Source: Octopus bimaculoides (lineage: Eukaryota). From it: DNA of 64,000 bases. The notes beneath the pieces are model-generated. The model was not told where the DNA came from. It made no database searches and worked only from the letters and a program-made list of their open reading frames with translations. The first letter of the stretch is position 1; each line of letters opens with the position of its first letter. Made by a program: the position numbers and the translations under genes. The stretch covers positions 132,426,525 through 132,490,524 of the forward strand of contig NC_068983.1 of assembly GCF_001194135.2 (NCBI RefSeq). The letters are read 5' to 3'. Below, piece by piece: positions 25,001 through 38,616 of this stretch.

Positions 25001-26603
25001 GTATAATATTGAACAATCATGCCTGTTTTTGAAAACATAAGTTTGTGTATATATGTAAGTGTGCGTCAAGGAATTGTGACTTTCATGCTGTAATTTGTTT
25101 AACCTAACAAGCCAGAGTATCACATACCAATCCACTATCATTAATATATCTCTGTAAGGATATCATTCTGAAAATAGGTCGTATCAATTTTTAAAACTGA
25201 AAACTGTAAATCGTATTATATTCAGAATGAAGTATCCAATATTTTATTCAGAATGAATGAGGTTATGCCCCGGCATGGATGCAGTGTAATGACTGAAGCC
25301 ATTCTAGATAGTAATTAATTATATCTGATATATTACTATTTCGTAGAATCGGTAAATCAGTGAAGATTAGTGAGAGAAAAGATATAAACAAAACTGAAAT
25401 AACTGATTTGGTCATTCTTGTAATCAAATGGTGTAACCAAAGAATAGCATCATCTACAGTTTATGATTGAATTCTCTATGGAAACCTCTCAAGATTGGAA
25501 ACTAATTTTAGCTTCTGACCAGAGAAACATGAAAAAGTAAAAGACAATAGAAATAGTAACGGATGTTAATCGATGTATATTAGAAGAAGCATGAAAATCC
25601 TTTTTAGCACAACGAACTTTTAAGAAGGTCAACATAGTGAAAAATCGATTATATTCTTCAAATCAACGCTTTGTGGAATACCCACGTAATGAAAGACGAT
25701 GTCACCCAATTTTATAAAGGATAAATGATGCAGAGAAAGAAGAAAATTGTAGAAATACATTTTTTCATACCGCTGGTAATATTTTGCTTCTGTGAAAAGT
25801 ACAATTAATATGTTTCTAATCATTGTTTACATTCCTCAATACGTTCTACAAAACAACCGAGGCATTTATCTAAAAGCAAAGCGTTTTCTTGACAAAGTAT
25901 AAAATATCCTTATTTATTGCAGCCATTATAACTAGACATAAAGATAATCGGTAACGGAAAGACTAAACAATAGAAATAGAAATATAAACAATATAAAAGA
26001 GACGGTTAGATCGAAGTTTTTATTGAGATTTTTGACCGCTTTTAGCAGATACGATGGAAATATCTAAGAAAATTGTACATGTCTTTCACGTAGAAATAGA
26101 ATATGAAATTATGTGAAGGCTAAGTAGAGAGTTGCATGTCAGTAATAATAGCTTAACGGCAATAATTAGAAGCGCTACAGCATATTTTGCTTTGTGGTAA
26201 GAATTTAGCAGTGGACAACTGACTGATACATATATAGATAGATATTCATATACATATATACTCATATGCACATATATTCACAGAAATATACATACATGCA
26301 TAGATATAATAGTATATGTGTGTGCGTATACATGTATTTATATATTTATATATATAAATGTATGTGTTTATATATATACATATGTGTGCGTATGCGTGCG
26401 CACGTGACATGTGTGTATATGTGTGTGTGCATATTAAAACTAATACTAATCTGAGGATCTGCTAAATATTTTCCATATTTATTAAATTTTCTCCGAATGT
26501 TTGACATTTGTGTGTATCAATTTATCTATTTATGCATATATGTGTCTATGTGCCCCTCTCTCTCTCCCTATCTCTCTTTTTCTACACATCTCACTCTTTA
26601 TCG

Positions 26604-26673
<70 letters not shown>

Positions 26674-27704
26674 GTACATTTAAGCAACACATTTTCTCTC
26701 TATTGGGCAATTGAAAATGGCACAGAAAAATATAGCATTGGATCTGTTTCAAGCCATTGCAAATTATTCAGTCTGATAGGCTACACAGTAATGTTAAACG
26801 TTACTATCTACAAAGACACTTCATGCATATTGATTTGTAAAGAGATTATATAGAAGCCTTTCTGAACAGCCTATAATATGGAATTCTACGTTCTCCACCT
26901 GGTCTCGTGTATTAGTCGACAGACATCGATTTTCAACTCCACAGTTAAGAAGTGGAGAGACCTCGAAATAGAACACTGCCGCCCCATTGCGATCAATAGT
27001 TGATTTCAGAATGATGTATTGAATCTCAAACAAGTAAACTATCAAGTAACTTGTTTCGTAGAGCCAAGTCTAATACGCTTTTATTCAATATTTATTACAA
27101 GCAACTTTCTAAGGAATCATTCAGAAGAAATCATAGTCCGTTCTACCTTAAGTTTCATTATTTATATCTGGTCTAACATTCTCAACGCGATACAATACAA
27201 TTCTGAAACAGTACTATTTAATTAGCAGAAATTACTATACATACATACACAAAGAAAATATAGGAGTACGTCCTCATAAATGAAACATCCCCCATACTAA
27301 ATCGAAAAAACATATAGAATGTAATGATAAGTTTGCTGTTATGTACGCGAATATATATATGTGTGTGTGTGCGTGTAGGTAGGTAGGTAGGTAAGTAGGT
27401 AGGTAGGTAGGTAGGTAGGTAGGTAGGTAGGTAGGTAGGTAGGTAGGTGGATAGGTAGGTATGCAGTTAGGTAGGTAAGTAGGTAGGTAGTTAGTTAGGG
27501 ATGTCGGTAGGTAGGTAGACAGGTAGGAATGTATATGAAGGAAGACAGATAGCTAAGTAGATAGATAGGTACGTAGGTAATACGAATCGACGCACACACA
27601 CACGCACACACACCCGCACACACGCACACACGCACACAATCGCACACAGACATACATACACAAAAAAGGAGATAGAAACACATGACCATATACACAAGCA
27701 TACT

Positions 27705-27738
<34 letters not shown>

Positions 27739-27879
27739 GGAGACAGAGGTACACATACAAATACACACAAACACACACACTTGCAAAGACACAAACATGC
27801 ATACATAAACACATGAATATATAGAATACATACATACAAACATACACATATGCATACACATATATATCCATACACGCAC

Positions 27880-28926
27880 ACAATCTATGAGAATTTATAA
27901 TCGAATAATATTTAGAATTTTTCGGTAAGTTCTTACTAACCGCTTCACGGAACTGTAAAGGAAGATTAGATTTAATTTGCCTTCCATACGTTTTGCTAGC
28001 ACTAGTCAAATTGTAAGTGGAACTATCTGTAAAGAACATCGTATTCCCTTTAGAATGAAAAATTAGGCTTAAATAACGGTTATCTCCCTTATGCTGTAAA
28101 AAAAATCTTACTCTGTTTTGTGTTGATGTCTATATCAAAATTAAAATCACTCTTCATATTACAACTAAGTTTCATGTCTCAATTAGTAGATGTAGAATGA
28201 GATTGAGTACAATTAATGTAGGTAACTTTTTCTTTATACGCTGGTTTAACTAAGGCAGAGTTATAAAATTCAGCCTTGTTAAAAATGTCATAATTGGCAG
28301 ATAGTTTAGACAATCTAACTAAAATATTTTAAACTAAATTCTTAGTAATTGCCCTAGCGTGATTACTGGATATGCAAATATATTTGAGATTGATGGATGG
28401 TTTGTGGTATGGAAAGTCGAGTTATTGTGCAAATTAAGTGTAATATCTAAGTTGGCTTTACTTACATCGTTATCAAAAACGATGCCTAAGCCCATTCTAT
28501 GGAAAAATCTAACTAACCTATTCTTTACCTTCTGTATTTTTTATTTGAAACATTTTGGATGTAAAGTAAACAATCTTCACGATATAGACCTCCACTGATG
28601 TCTGGGAACTGGTCAACCATTTCATAAAGTATATATACGCCGACTAAATCCGCTATTTGTGCTGAATCGGAACTTCCTATCGTGACATCAAATCCGTCGG
28701 GTATATCCTTACGGACTCACATCTTGTCAAATTTTATGATAGATTTTCTGGTTGCCAACACAACGCTAATCTCTTCTCTGGTGAGACCAGCTTTGTTGTG
28801 AGCAAGCCAAAGTACCTTATGAAGTACTATTGGGTTAATGGACGAATAAAAGCTAGAAATATCGAACTGAATTAGTTTAGTGTTAACCTTATTAGTAATA
28901 GAAGTAAACCAATCAACGACTTGAAT
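27880..28926 (-). pseudogene. Penelope-like element reverse transcriptase remnant (Naiad-type motifs)
   Basis: Minus translation: VVDWFTSI...IQFDISSFYSSI...RKSII...FDVTIGSSDSAQIADLVGVYIL...GGLYREDCL...LDITLNL...YI...SNH...RLSKLSAN..IFN...YNSAL...Y; then [24 protein letters not shown]. Contains stops and frameshifts. Confidence 0.85.
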
Positions 28927-29118
28927 ATAATATGTATATGTGTGTATATATATTATATAATATATATCATATATGTACGTATAAATATATATATATATAT
29001 ATATATATANNNNNNNNNNNNNNNNNNNNNNNNNNNNNNNNNNNNNNNNNNNNNNNNNNNNNNNNNNNNNNNNNNNNNNNNNNNNNNNNNNNNNNATATG
29101 TATATATATACATGCATA

Positions 29119-29285
29119 TATGGATACAGGACATCACCAACTGTGTAAACAACATCAACTACGAAAACAAACTAGTTAAATACGCAAACAACGATACAAA
29201 GAATGGAAAACAGGACAAGAAAACACAAAGAACGACCCTTCATGAGTTGTCGGCTGTCCATCTACTCCTCATGTCGATCATTCAA
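29119..29285 (-). repeat. Second copy of the 12756-12919 interspersed repeat
   Basis: Reverse-complement similarity to 12756-12919. Confidence 0.7.
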
Positions 29286-30228
29286 CCACACTTTGAGCCT
29301 TCAAAGACAGTTGCTCCCATAAACTCCAAAATAAAATTTTGGATATATGGAAACTCAAAATTGGGAACAAAAACAGGACAGTGGAGATACAAGGAAACCG
29401 AACGAAAACAAACATAGAGGGTCGTTAAACCGGAATGAGAGGAAAATAGTGAACGCTGGAGGAAATATTTTATTTGAAAAGAGAGAAGAAAGAAATAATG
29501 TTAATAAGTTAAAATAATTTATTATTAGTGTTTAGCATGCATAAATGATAGTCATAAGACAAGATAACTTTAAAAAATATGAGTGTATATTTTTTTTTTT
29601 CTTTTTCATAAAAAAATATTTTATAAACTTATATTTAAAAACAAATAGGTTATATCTTATGGCTTTTATTTATGCATACCAACCACTGATAATGATTTAT
29701 TTTATTACTTTTATATTTACGATAGTAATATTTATAATTCTAACCCTATATAGGATGAAGCTTTAAATTTATTTATCTACTGCTGGACTATATATATGTA
29801 CGCTCGGGCACTAAATCCGAACCCTTAAATGGATAAAAATGTAGCTGCCTAGCGCACGTGTTTTAAGTAGTATTTGCGGCAAAATAATTATTCCTTAATT
29901 AGCCATTACGCTATCGAGCTACATATACCAAATTAGTTTATTTGGCAATTAATAGCGAAAGTCGAGTTCGGGATTAACGATTTCATTTTTTATTCGTTCT
30001 AGTATTAAAAATTGGCGAGCCTCAAAAATTCACTCTTTCGTGGTCTGGGTTTGAACTGGCCTTTTTATCGTCTAAGGAGTTGTGTCAATACTCTCCTCTA
30101 TGTGTATAAGAAAAAAATATTTAATACACACTATATATATGTATACATATAGATATATGAACTGAAACTCAACCACCGAGTATTACCTTAAATCATTACC
30201 TCATGATCAAGGCGTCGACCTTTCCTCA

Positions 30229-30355
30229 ATCTTCGTGTTCTGTGCTCAAATTCAGCCAAGGTGAACTTTGCCTTGGTCGTTAAAATTAGTACTAGAGGTC
30301 GTTAAAATTAGTACCACAATTTATTGGCCTTGTGCTGAAATTTGGGACCAATATA
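30229..30355 (+). mobile_element. SINE family B fragment, internally deleted
   Basis: gttctgtgctcaaattcagccaaggtgaactttgcc...aaattagtac...ggccttgtgc, similar to 15205-15365. Confidence 0.55.
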
Positions 30356-31034
30356 GTTCTATTTTATTGGCAAATGATGATAGTGAGTGTGTAATTTGAA
30401 TTGTGATTAGTCTGGTCATTTAGAATATTAGGTCTCACTTAAGGAACTAATATAACTGTAAATTTGGGAGCCCTTTGGGAGTAAAATTCTGCCTCTACAA
30501 GTTTCAAGATGAAACTTTTCAAGCCTTCTTTGAGCTGGCTATATCTTCTTTCAACTGTATTTTTTTATTTCTATACCTTATTACCCCCTCAGTTGAGGTA
30601 ATACAATTTGCCCTTCCGAATAACAGGGAATTTGATATATGTATGTTCGTATTACATGCTTTCTTCTGCTAGTGTTGTTCATTTTGTGAATTTCATTTGT
30701 AATCATGTATTGGTTTTCGCTTACGCCTAATAGTACTATCATACATTATTTGTTGATATTACGGTTTAATGTGATTTGTGGTGCACCATGAGAATATCGA
30801 CCACACTTTTCAGTAACTAATCTTTCATTTTATAACTGTAATTTGTCTTTTCCTTCTCTTCCTTTTAATCTTTCCCTGCCCTTAATTTTTCACACAGCAG
30901 CATGCCCAAGTAACTGCATGGATATGTGTATGTATTTGTGTTCTGTTACAGGACCACTTGAGGGCATTGCTGGCACGTTTTCTTGCAGGGAATGTTTACT
31001 ACGGCATTTCTGATCGCTTTAAGGATGTCTCTTG

Positions 31035-31110
31035 CTTTTGTTTCTGGTTTGCTTCCTTTTGTTTCTGGTTTGCTTCCTTTTGTTTCTGGTTTGCTTCCTT
31101 TTGTTTCTGG
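31035..31110. repeat. 21-bp tandem repeat x3.6
   Basis: Unit cttttgtttctggtttgcttc; it reads (PETKGSK)n on the minus strand. Confidence 0.95.
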
Positions 31111-32804
31111 GTATTTTAGTTTCTTGCTGCTCTTGTTGTTATTGCTGTTGTTTTGTAACACTCGTGATTGTTGTTGCCGTTGTTGGTTTTATTGTTGTTC
31201 GTATTTTTGATGTGAAATTTGTAGAAAAATGACTCTGTGGCCTTTCCATTTTTATGGACAGATATCACTTAAACGTATGTTAACATCATAGAGATGGTAT
31301 CTAGTCTTACCATCAAATCTAAATGTTGAGAGCGTCATGCAGTTTTGGAGCTCAGCATTTTCACGCTATTTACTTTTTGTTGCTTCCATAACATTAGCCT
31401 ACGAAACACTCTACAGATGTACATTTTCTATCTGCAGGATGACCCATTCATCTTCATCAGATGTCAGTCATCGGATGCCTACTTTGCACTCACTTTGGCC
31501 AGAATTTTTCCCACGTTGCTGTGGACATGGAAAAACCGTTCTTGCCTTAACCGGGGTGCCACAGTGTTTTAGTCCCGCTTTTTCAGGTACAAATCTCATG
31601 TCTATTGTGCGAAATTATTTGTCTCATAAAGCGCAAGTTTTGGCGTAATTCTGTATATCTCACAGGAATCTTTGGCCCCTCTATGGGTTAAATTCATCAT
31701 TCCAGCCGATTTAGATGTTAATGCATCTGTACGTTAGAGAGCATGAAAAATATTTAGCACTTCTTGTACTTACAAAAATGTCCGGCATACTTATCGCCTT
31801 ACGTTTCTATGGTCCTTGGAGTATTCACTGTCTACGGCTTTCATTTTATTGATTGAGACGATTCTGTCTATATTAAACAATAGATGTCAGTCTACCGGTA
31901 TTATTGATGTTGATTTGTCAGATGCTCTTCTCTGCTGAGCTAGTGATCAGAATACAGAGTAAGTGTGCTGTTATTGTTTTGGCTTCTTGACATAGAATAG
32001 TACAAATGTTGGGAATTCATTGTTGAAACAATTTTTCGCTGTTCTCTTTATCTTTTCCAATTTGTTCTGTTGAAATCATTATAATTACCCTGAATATTGC
32101 TAAGTTCTTCCACGAGGAGCAATTCTCCCCAGTGCCATTCACTTTTCATCAAATTCATTGAAATGAAACAATCTACTCCCGACTCTTATTATGTCAATAA
32201 AACGTCAGGTGCGCTAGGCAACAGCCAAGAACATGTAAACAAGTCTGGTGTGAATCCATAAACTTCTTATAGCAGTCCACTTAAACCAGACGATCATTTA
32301 TTTGGCCAAATATGCAACTCAGACCGTGATTCGTATCATGTTATCTTGATTTCCAAAATTCTTCATAGGATATCGAGGTATGCAGTAAAATCCAACACTT
32401 CTATTTCACCAGTGTCCATAATATTTGGAGGTGGACAAAATAGAATAACCAAACATGCATCAGTTGTAGACTATTAAGGGCATAATTATGTCATTACTCC
32501 CACCTTACAAGTGTTCTACATGTTCTATTTCAATTACAGCCGTAAATCAAAGAAAACAGTTTAATTCTTATGTCGGATTCACCAGATTTCATGTTGAAAA
32601 TATAGATAAACGCATGTTTTACCACAGACAAATCGTTCGCCATGCTACTGTTAAAGGTTTTCTAATCTGAAAACTGTAATTTACGAACAGTGATCTACTA
32701 ATATCTACCTGTCTCACTTTGCCATACTTTATCGATTTGAATTCAATGAGAATAATATATATCTATATATGAGATAAATTAGAGACAGTTACTTTAAGAT
32801 GGAT

Positions 32805-32805
32805 C

Positions 32806-32866
<61 letters not shown>

Positions 32867-32868
32867 GC

Positions 32869-32913
<45 letters not shown>
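32805..32913. repeat. Compound microsatellite (TAT)n-(GTT)n
   Basis: Visible directly. Confidence 0.95.
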
Positions 32914-32915
<2 letters not shown>

Positions 32916-33476
32916 TCTTCTTTCTCCAAATTTTCTTCCATTTCTCGCCGAGAAATAGCAACAGTCTACTGCAACTGGCAGAAAAACGGGAATATTCTCA
33001 GTTTTGTGCTGACTGTTTCCAAGACGTCTCAAAACAAGTCTTACATATGCCAATAAATTTCGTAGGGAAGACCATCCAAGTCCGGGCTTGTCTCTAGTGC
33101 AGCCTGCCATCGATTTCCGTACATCAGCGGCTATAATATGACTTTCACAACACTCCGCTTTCTTGCCGAGAGTCGTGGCAAGTCACACAGGTAGGCACTA
33201 AATTTCACCCTGCGTTCTGACTCACCAGTTGTCTCGAACAGTCGGGACCACAAAAGTAGCAACATGGCCTTCTGCCTTCAACGGCCACACCGTAGGGACG
33301 TGCCATCCTATAGTCTTATGAAATTTGGGAGATATTCAATCATCACATGATTAGTCTGAATGAATAACTCTATCGCCAGACCAACCCAGTTTTCCTGTTT
33401 CAGGACGGCAATATCTTTATTTCTTTTTCAAAATCATAACAGATAGCTGACACCAGCCATCTTATTTCTATCTCAG

Positions 33477-33519
33477 GTGGTACATTTTAAAATCTTATCT
33501 TCGTCACCCGATGACCGAG
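33477..33519 (+). other. Candidate 43-nt internal exon of an unidentified host gene
   Basis: Strong acceptor cttatttctatctcag| and donor gag|gtaagt. Two frames are open (VVHFKILSSSPDDR or WYILKSYLRHPMTE). No homolog recognised. Confidence 0.2.
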
Positions 33520-34438
33520 GTAAGTGGGAATCATTATAAATTCCTCGCATTTCAGGGATTTTGTTAACAGTTTTTTGTGTGCTCTTCTATGTCGAAACTT
33601 ACTTCGATCGTGGAAAATCTTTAACCCCTTGCAATATATTTTTTGTAAACCCCTATGGGCTGTAGACAATTTTCAACTGTTTGATGAGTGGCCTATTCCA
33701 GTCTTTAGTTTTTATGTTCAGGCTTTTATAATTTTTTTTAAATTTTGCAAAATATTTTGTGGGGTGTTTAGCTTTATTGTTCTGTCTTTGTATAATAACT
33801 TTTTGCATTGTAATAGTTCGACTGTTGAGGAGGACACTAGATGACTTTTTTTTGCATCAAAATAGATGCAACATTACTTTGTTCGTGTTGGTGGTGGTGG
33901 TGGTGGTGATGGTGGCAGTGATGGTGGCAGTGTTAGTGGAAACATTCATTGTCTTAGGCGTATATTCATTTTGTCTGCTTTCCCTTCCCACTTGTTCGGA
34001 AGGAACGCTTGCGCCAGTATGTCTGTAGTCGTTGGTCTCAAAGTGTATGTATGTATGTGTGTGTGTGTGTGTGTGTGTGAACGTGTGTGTGTGTGTGAAC
34101 GTGAGTGGGTGTGCGTGTGCGTATGCGTGTGCGTGCGTGTGTGTGAAAATGAACTGATATACTTGTCGTTGACAACAAAGGAAATTCCTCGTAGAAATAG
34201 GCTACTGAGAAGCTGTTAGTCTCAGAATGGCTAGCCATTTTTTTCCCACACATGAGACTATTGAAGATGTAATTTTAGAATCCGAAAATTCAGCATTAAA
34301 GGACAAATTTTCTAGCGAAAAAACTCGCCCAGGCGAAAGTAAATGCTAAGCACCTCTTTCACAAAGGTTATTTGCAAGTACACAAAAACAAACAGATGAA
34401 TTTGAAAAACTTACTGGACACGACGCGACAACATCCAG

Positions 34439-34487
<49 letters not shown>

Positions 34488-36289
34488 GCAAATATAGTAT
34501 GCTTATATTTAACTGCAGGCATTTGCACACTTGCATTAGTTGCCAGTGTAAGCCGAATGTAAATAAATTCGAAATCTTTTTGGAAAGGGGTTTCTAGAAA
34601 TTTTAAAATATAAAACGTTCAATATATGCTGCAGTGCTTGTTCAAGAAAACGTAATACCAGTGAGATTTTAAACATATCTTTATCCGTATAAAATGTGGT
34701 TATTTTAATTCCTGTTATTATGTAAAATATTAACAACTGAGCTCACTTTAGAAGGATTTCTGAACTCATAATAAACATAAAATGTTTTCTATTACTTACT
34801 TAGCCCGAGGTAAGATGTATGTAGATGCTGAAAGTGAAATTGCCTTTCAGCTTGCTGTTCATACATATACGTTGCTATGACTAGTATAAATAACGTTTTG
34901 CATGGAAGGTCGTTATTGAAGTTATATATATATATATATATATATATNNNNNNNNNNNNNNNNNNNNNNNNNNNNNNNNNNNNNNNNNNNNNNNNNNNNN
35001 NNNNNNNNNNNNNNNNNNNNNNNNNNNNNNNNNNNNNNNNNNNNNNNNNNNNNNNNNNNNNNNNNNNNNNNNNNNNNNNNNNNNNNNNNNNNNNNNNNNN
35101 NNNNNNNNNNNNNNNNNNNNNNNNNNNNNNNNNNNNNNNNNNNNNNNNNNNNNNNNNNNNNNNNNNNNNNNNNNNNNNNNNNNNNNNNNNNNNNNNNNNN
35201 NNNNNNNNNNNNNNNNNNNNNNNNNNNNNNNNNNNNNNNNNNNNNNNNNNNNNNNNNNNNNNNNNNNNNNNNNNNNNNNNNNNNNNNTGTACGTGTTTCA
35301 CAGCGTTCAAGACATACACACTTCACGTCTGGCTGTACAGCCTTTTTGTTTGTATATTTCACCGTTTCGTTTTCCTGTCTTGTTTTCCGTCCGCCACTAC
35401 CCTCCACGAAAACAATTTAATTTGTGTTCGTGGGAGGAACCATTTTAACGATGCGTACTGCCTTAATTCTTTGAAACGCCGGAGTTTTAATGGTGGCAGC
35501 TGATGAAGGGGATGTTTCTATGTGGCCTGCTTGTTTGTTGCACCTTGTTTACCATTTTGTCCTTGTTCTTTTGCCACGTCATGTACCCAGTTATGTATCT
35601 ATATGTACATGTAGAAGAACGTATATACATACATGTACATATATATGCATATATATTTAAGGGTAGCGTATACTTTTACATGTGCATATGTTTGTTTACG
35701 CAGGCACACGCTGAGAATCAGAGATTCGTTCTTAGCCTTTAACATATTCTTCTTTAAAATTTTTTTCGTCACCGTAATTGGTTGCGATTTATCTGATATA
35801 TGATAGTGACAGAAGTAAAAGTAGAACTCAAAACATCATAATATGTAAGAAAAATCACTGGGTATTCTTTTCACCCTCAATTTACTCGGTACATTTTATC
35901 AAATACTCACGCGCGCAAACATATACACATGTGAACACAAACATTCTGTATATATATATATATATATNNNNNNNNNNNNNNNNNNNNNNNNNNNNNNNNN
36001 NNNNNNNNNNNNNNNNNNNNNNNNNNNNNNNNNNNNNNNNNNNNNNNNNNNNNNNNNNNNNNNNNNNNNNNNNNNNNNNNNNNNNNNNNNNNNNNNNNNN
36101 NNNNNNNNNNNNNNNNNNNNNNNNNNNNNNNNNNNNNNNNNNNNNNNNNNNNNNNNNNNNNNNNNNNNNNNNNNNNNNNNNNNNNNNNNNNNNNNNNNNN
36201 NNNNNNNNNNNNNNNNNNNNNNNNNNNNNNNNNNNNNNNNNNNNNNNNNNNNNNNNNNNNNNNNNNNNNNNNNNNNNNNNNNNNNNNNN

Positions 36290-36327
<38 letters not shown>

Positions 36328-38071
36328 TCGCATAAATAATATTGAATATGTAACATTAATAACTACAAGTTAATCTTAATTACATCATTATCAAAATTGC
36401 CAATCAACGTTCATTCGATGTGAGAATATTATCCATTATCATTCAGGTGTAAGCGACTGCAATTTCATGCATTAATGTGAAATATCACATTAAGTAGCAT
36501 ATATACTTCCTAAGAATGATATCCGTATGCATACAATTAATGATGCAGAATAATTTTCCGTAAGCTATCAGTTAGTAGTTTGGAAGATGACATTAACCTG
36601 TCGCATGACAATGAGAAGAGTAGACAATTTTCTACAAATATATCCCTTTTATATTAGCCAAATTAGCAATTTTAATTAGTTAATTTGTAAATCGTTTACT
36701 GAAATTAAGTCTCATTATTCAGCACGTCATCTCAGCCTTTGTTATGTTTAATTCATTCGAACCCAGTTCCTCACATTTTTAACACAACATACCTCAGAAT
36801 ATAGCATTCGATGTAATCCTCCTTGTAGAAAATGTTAAATTTTGCTTTCAGGTGCTTTTACTCAAATTCTGGTTGGTAACAAGTGTTACCATCTTTGTTA
36901 TACGGAAAAACTACAGACCGGTGTATGGCATTCATCGGAATATCTTAGAATTACAAACATTTGAAATTGCAGTCTATCGATTTCTCACATAGCAGCACGG
37001 GCTCAAATATCAAGAGGTATAACAATCGATTACCATTATGTGGGCATTTCACGTGTGCAAATGTAACCTTTACATACGTCGGATCAGAAAAGTTTTCGTA
37101 CTATTAAACATAAGTGTGCTTAATTTCAACTGACTTTGAGATGTGCGTACGTGAAGTATGGAAGCTAGCTTCATCACCATGCAAACCCAACTTTAATCGA
37201 TTCCTTAGGTTCTTGAATAAAGTCATTCGTATTAAGTCTCTTGGTCATTTTTTCGTTAGTTCATACAAAAATACCAACTAAATCGCTTAGTTCAAAAAAG
37301 GAACACACTAATCATCATTGATGTTGCAGTATTGCATTTAAGAGAATTGATTAGCGGCAATAGCATTAATAAAGATTTCTCCAAAGGAAAATTCCTATAA
37401 ATCATCAATGAATTTCATTTTCATAATTTAATGAATATATAATAGACGAGTAATATGATTACACAATAATGAAGAAATTTTCTTTATGCACATACGTATG
37501 GGTTATTGACGGTTTGTGCCAACGTTAGGCATCTTGAATAACAATTTTCTAGTTGTGACACGGATTGTTAGATGCCTCATGATAGTCATCTATTTCGTGT
37601 AGATGAAGGTTTGTGAAAATATTGGAGAACAGCATGGATTTGTTTACTGCGGTCTCTACTTGCCGAAAACATGCTTTACTTTCAAGGTCATCGTCTGCAG
37701 CATTTGTTGACTATGTATTAGATAAAACAAAATTGCTACAGGCTGCTTGTAATACAGTTGTTGTTTAAATGAGGCCTTCCATGTCAAACCATCTACTTGT
37801 GCACTCCTTCCCGATAACAAAACGTTTCAGCTCCAACATATTTGTTTACTATTCTCACTTCCTCTGTTCCTGTGGTCCTGAAAAAGGATTGATTGCAGGT
37901 ATCAGTTTTGGGTCACTTCTTCGACCTTAATGGCGTGCAGCTAGAATCCTGATTTCAACACTTTTAGACCTATTAGAGGAAAGAATACACGACAATGGAT
38001 GCCAATTATGTGTGCGCGTGTGTGTGTAGTATATGTGTGTGTGAGTGTGTGTATGTGTATGTACATGTATG

Positions 38072-38111
<40 letters not shown>

Positions 38112-38560
38112 NNNNNNNNNNNNNNNNNNNNNNNNNNNNNNNNNNNNNNNNNNNNNNNNNNNNNNNNNNNNNNNNNNNNNNNNNNNNNNNNNNNNNNNNN
38201 NNNNNNNNNNNNNNNNNNNNNNNNNNNNNNNNNNNNNNNNNNNNNNNNNNNNNNNNNNNNNNNNNNNNNNNNNNNNNNNNNNNNNNNNNNNNNNNNNNNN
38301 NNNNNNNNNNNNNNNNNNNNNNNNNNNNNNNNNNNNNNNNNNNNNNNNNNNNNNNNNNNNNNNNNNNNNNNNNNNNNNNNNNNNNNNNNNNNNNNNNNNN
38401 NNNNNNNNNNNNNNNNNNNNNNNNNNNNNNNNNNNNNNNNNNNNNNNNNNNNNNNNNNNNNNNNNNNNNNNNNNNNNNNNNNNNNNNNNNNNNNNNNNNN
38501 NNNNNNNNNNNNNNNNNNNNNNNNNNNNNNNNNNNNNNNNNNNNNNNNNNNNNNNNNNNN

Positions 38561-38616
<56 letters not shown>

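Noticed and set aside
28717-28719. In-frame TGA in the PLE RT as possible selenocysteine (reported for some Naiad elements)
   Set aside because: The position appears to correspond to a Trp rather than a Cys, and the fragment has other disabling lesions, so a nonsense mutation is simpler.
31420-31465. CUGAUGA followed by a GAUGA/UCAUC hairpin (minus)
   Set aside because: No GAAA adjacent to stem II and no cleavage triplet with stem I.
37550-37780. Protein-like open stretches on both strands
   Set aside because: Splice signals are inconsistent with the open frames and I recognise no family.
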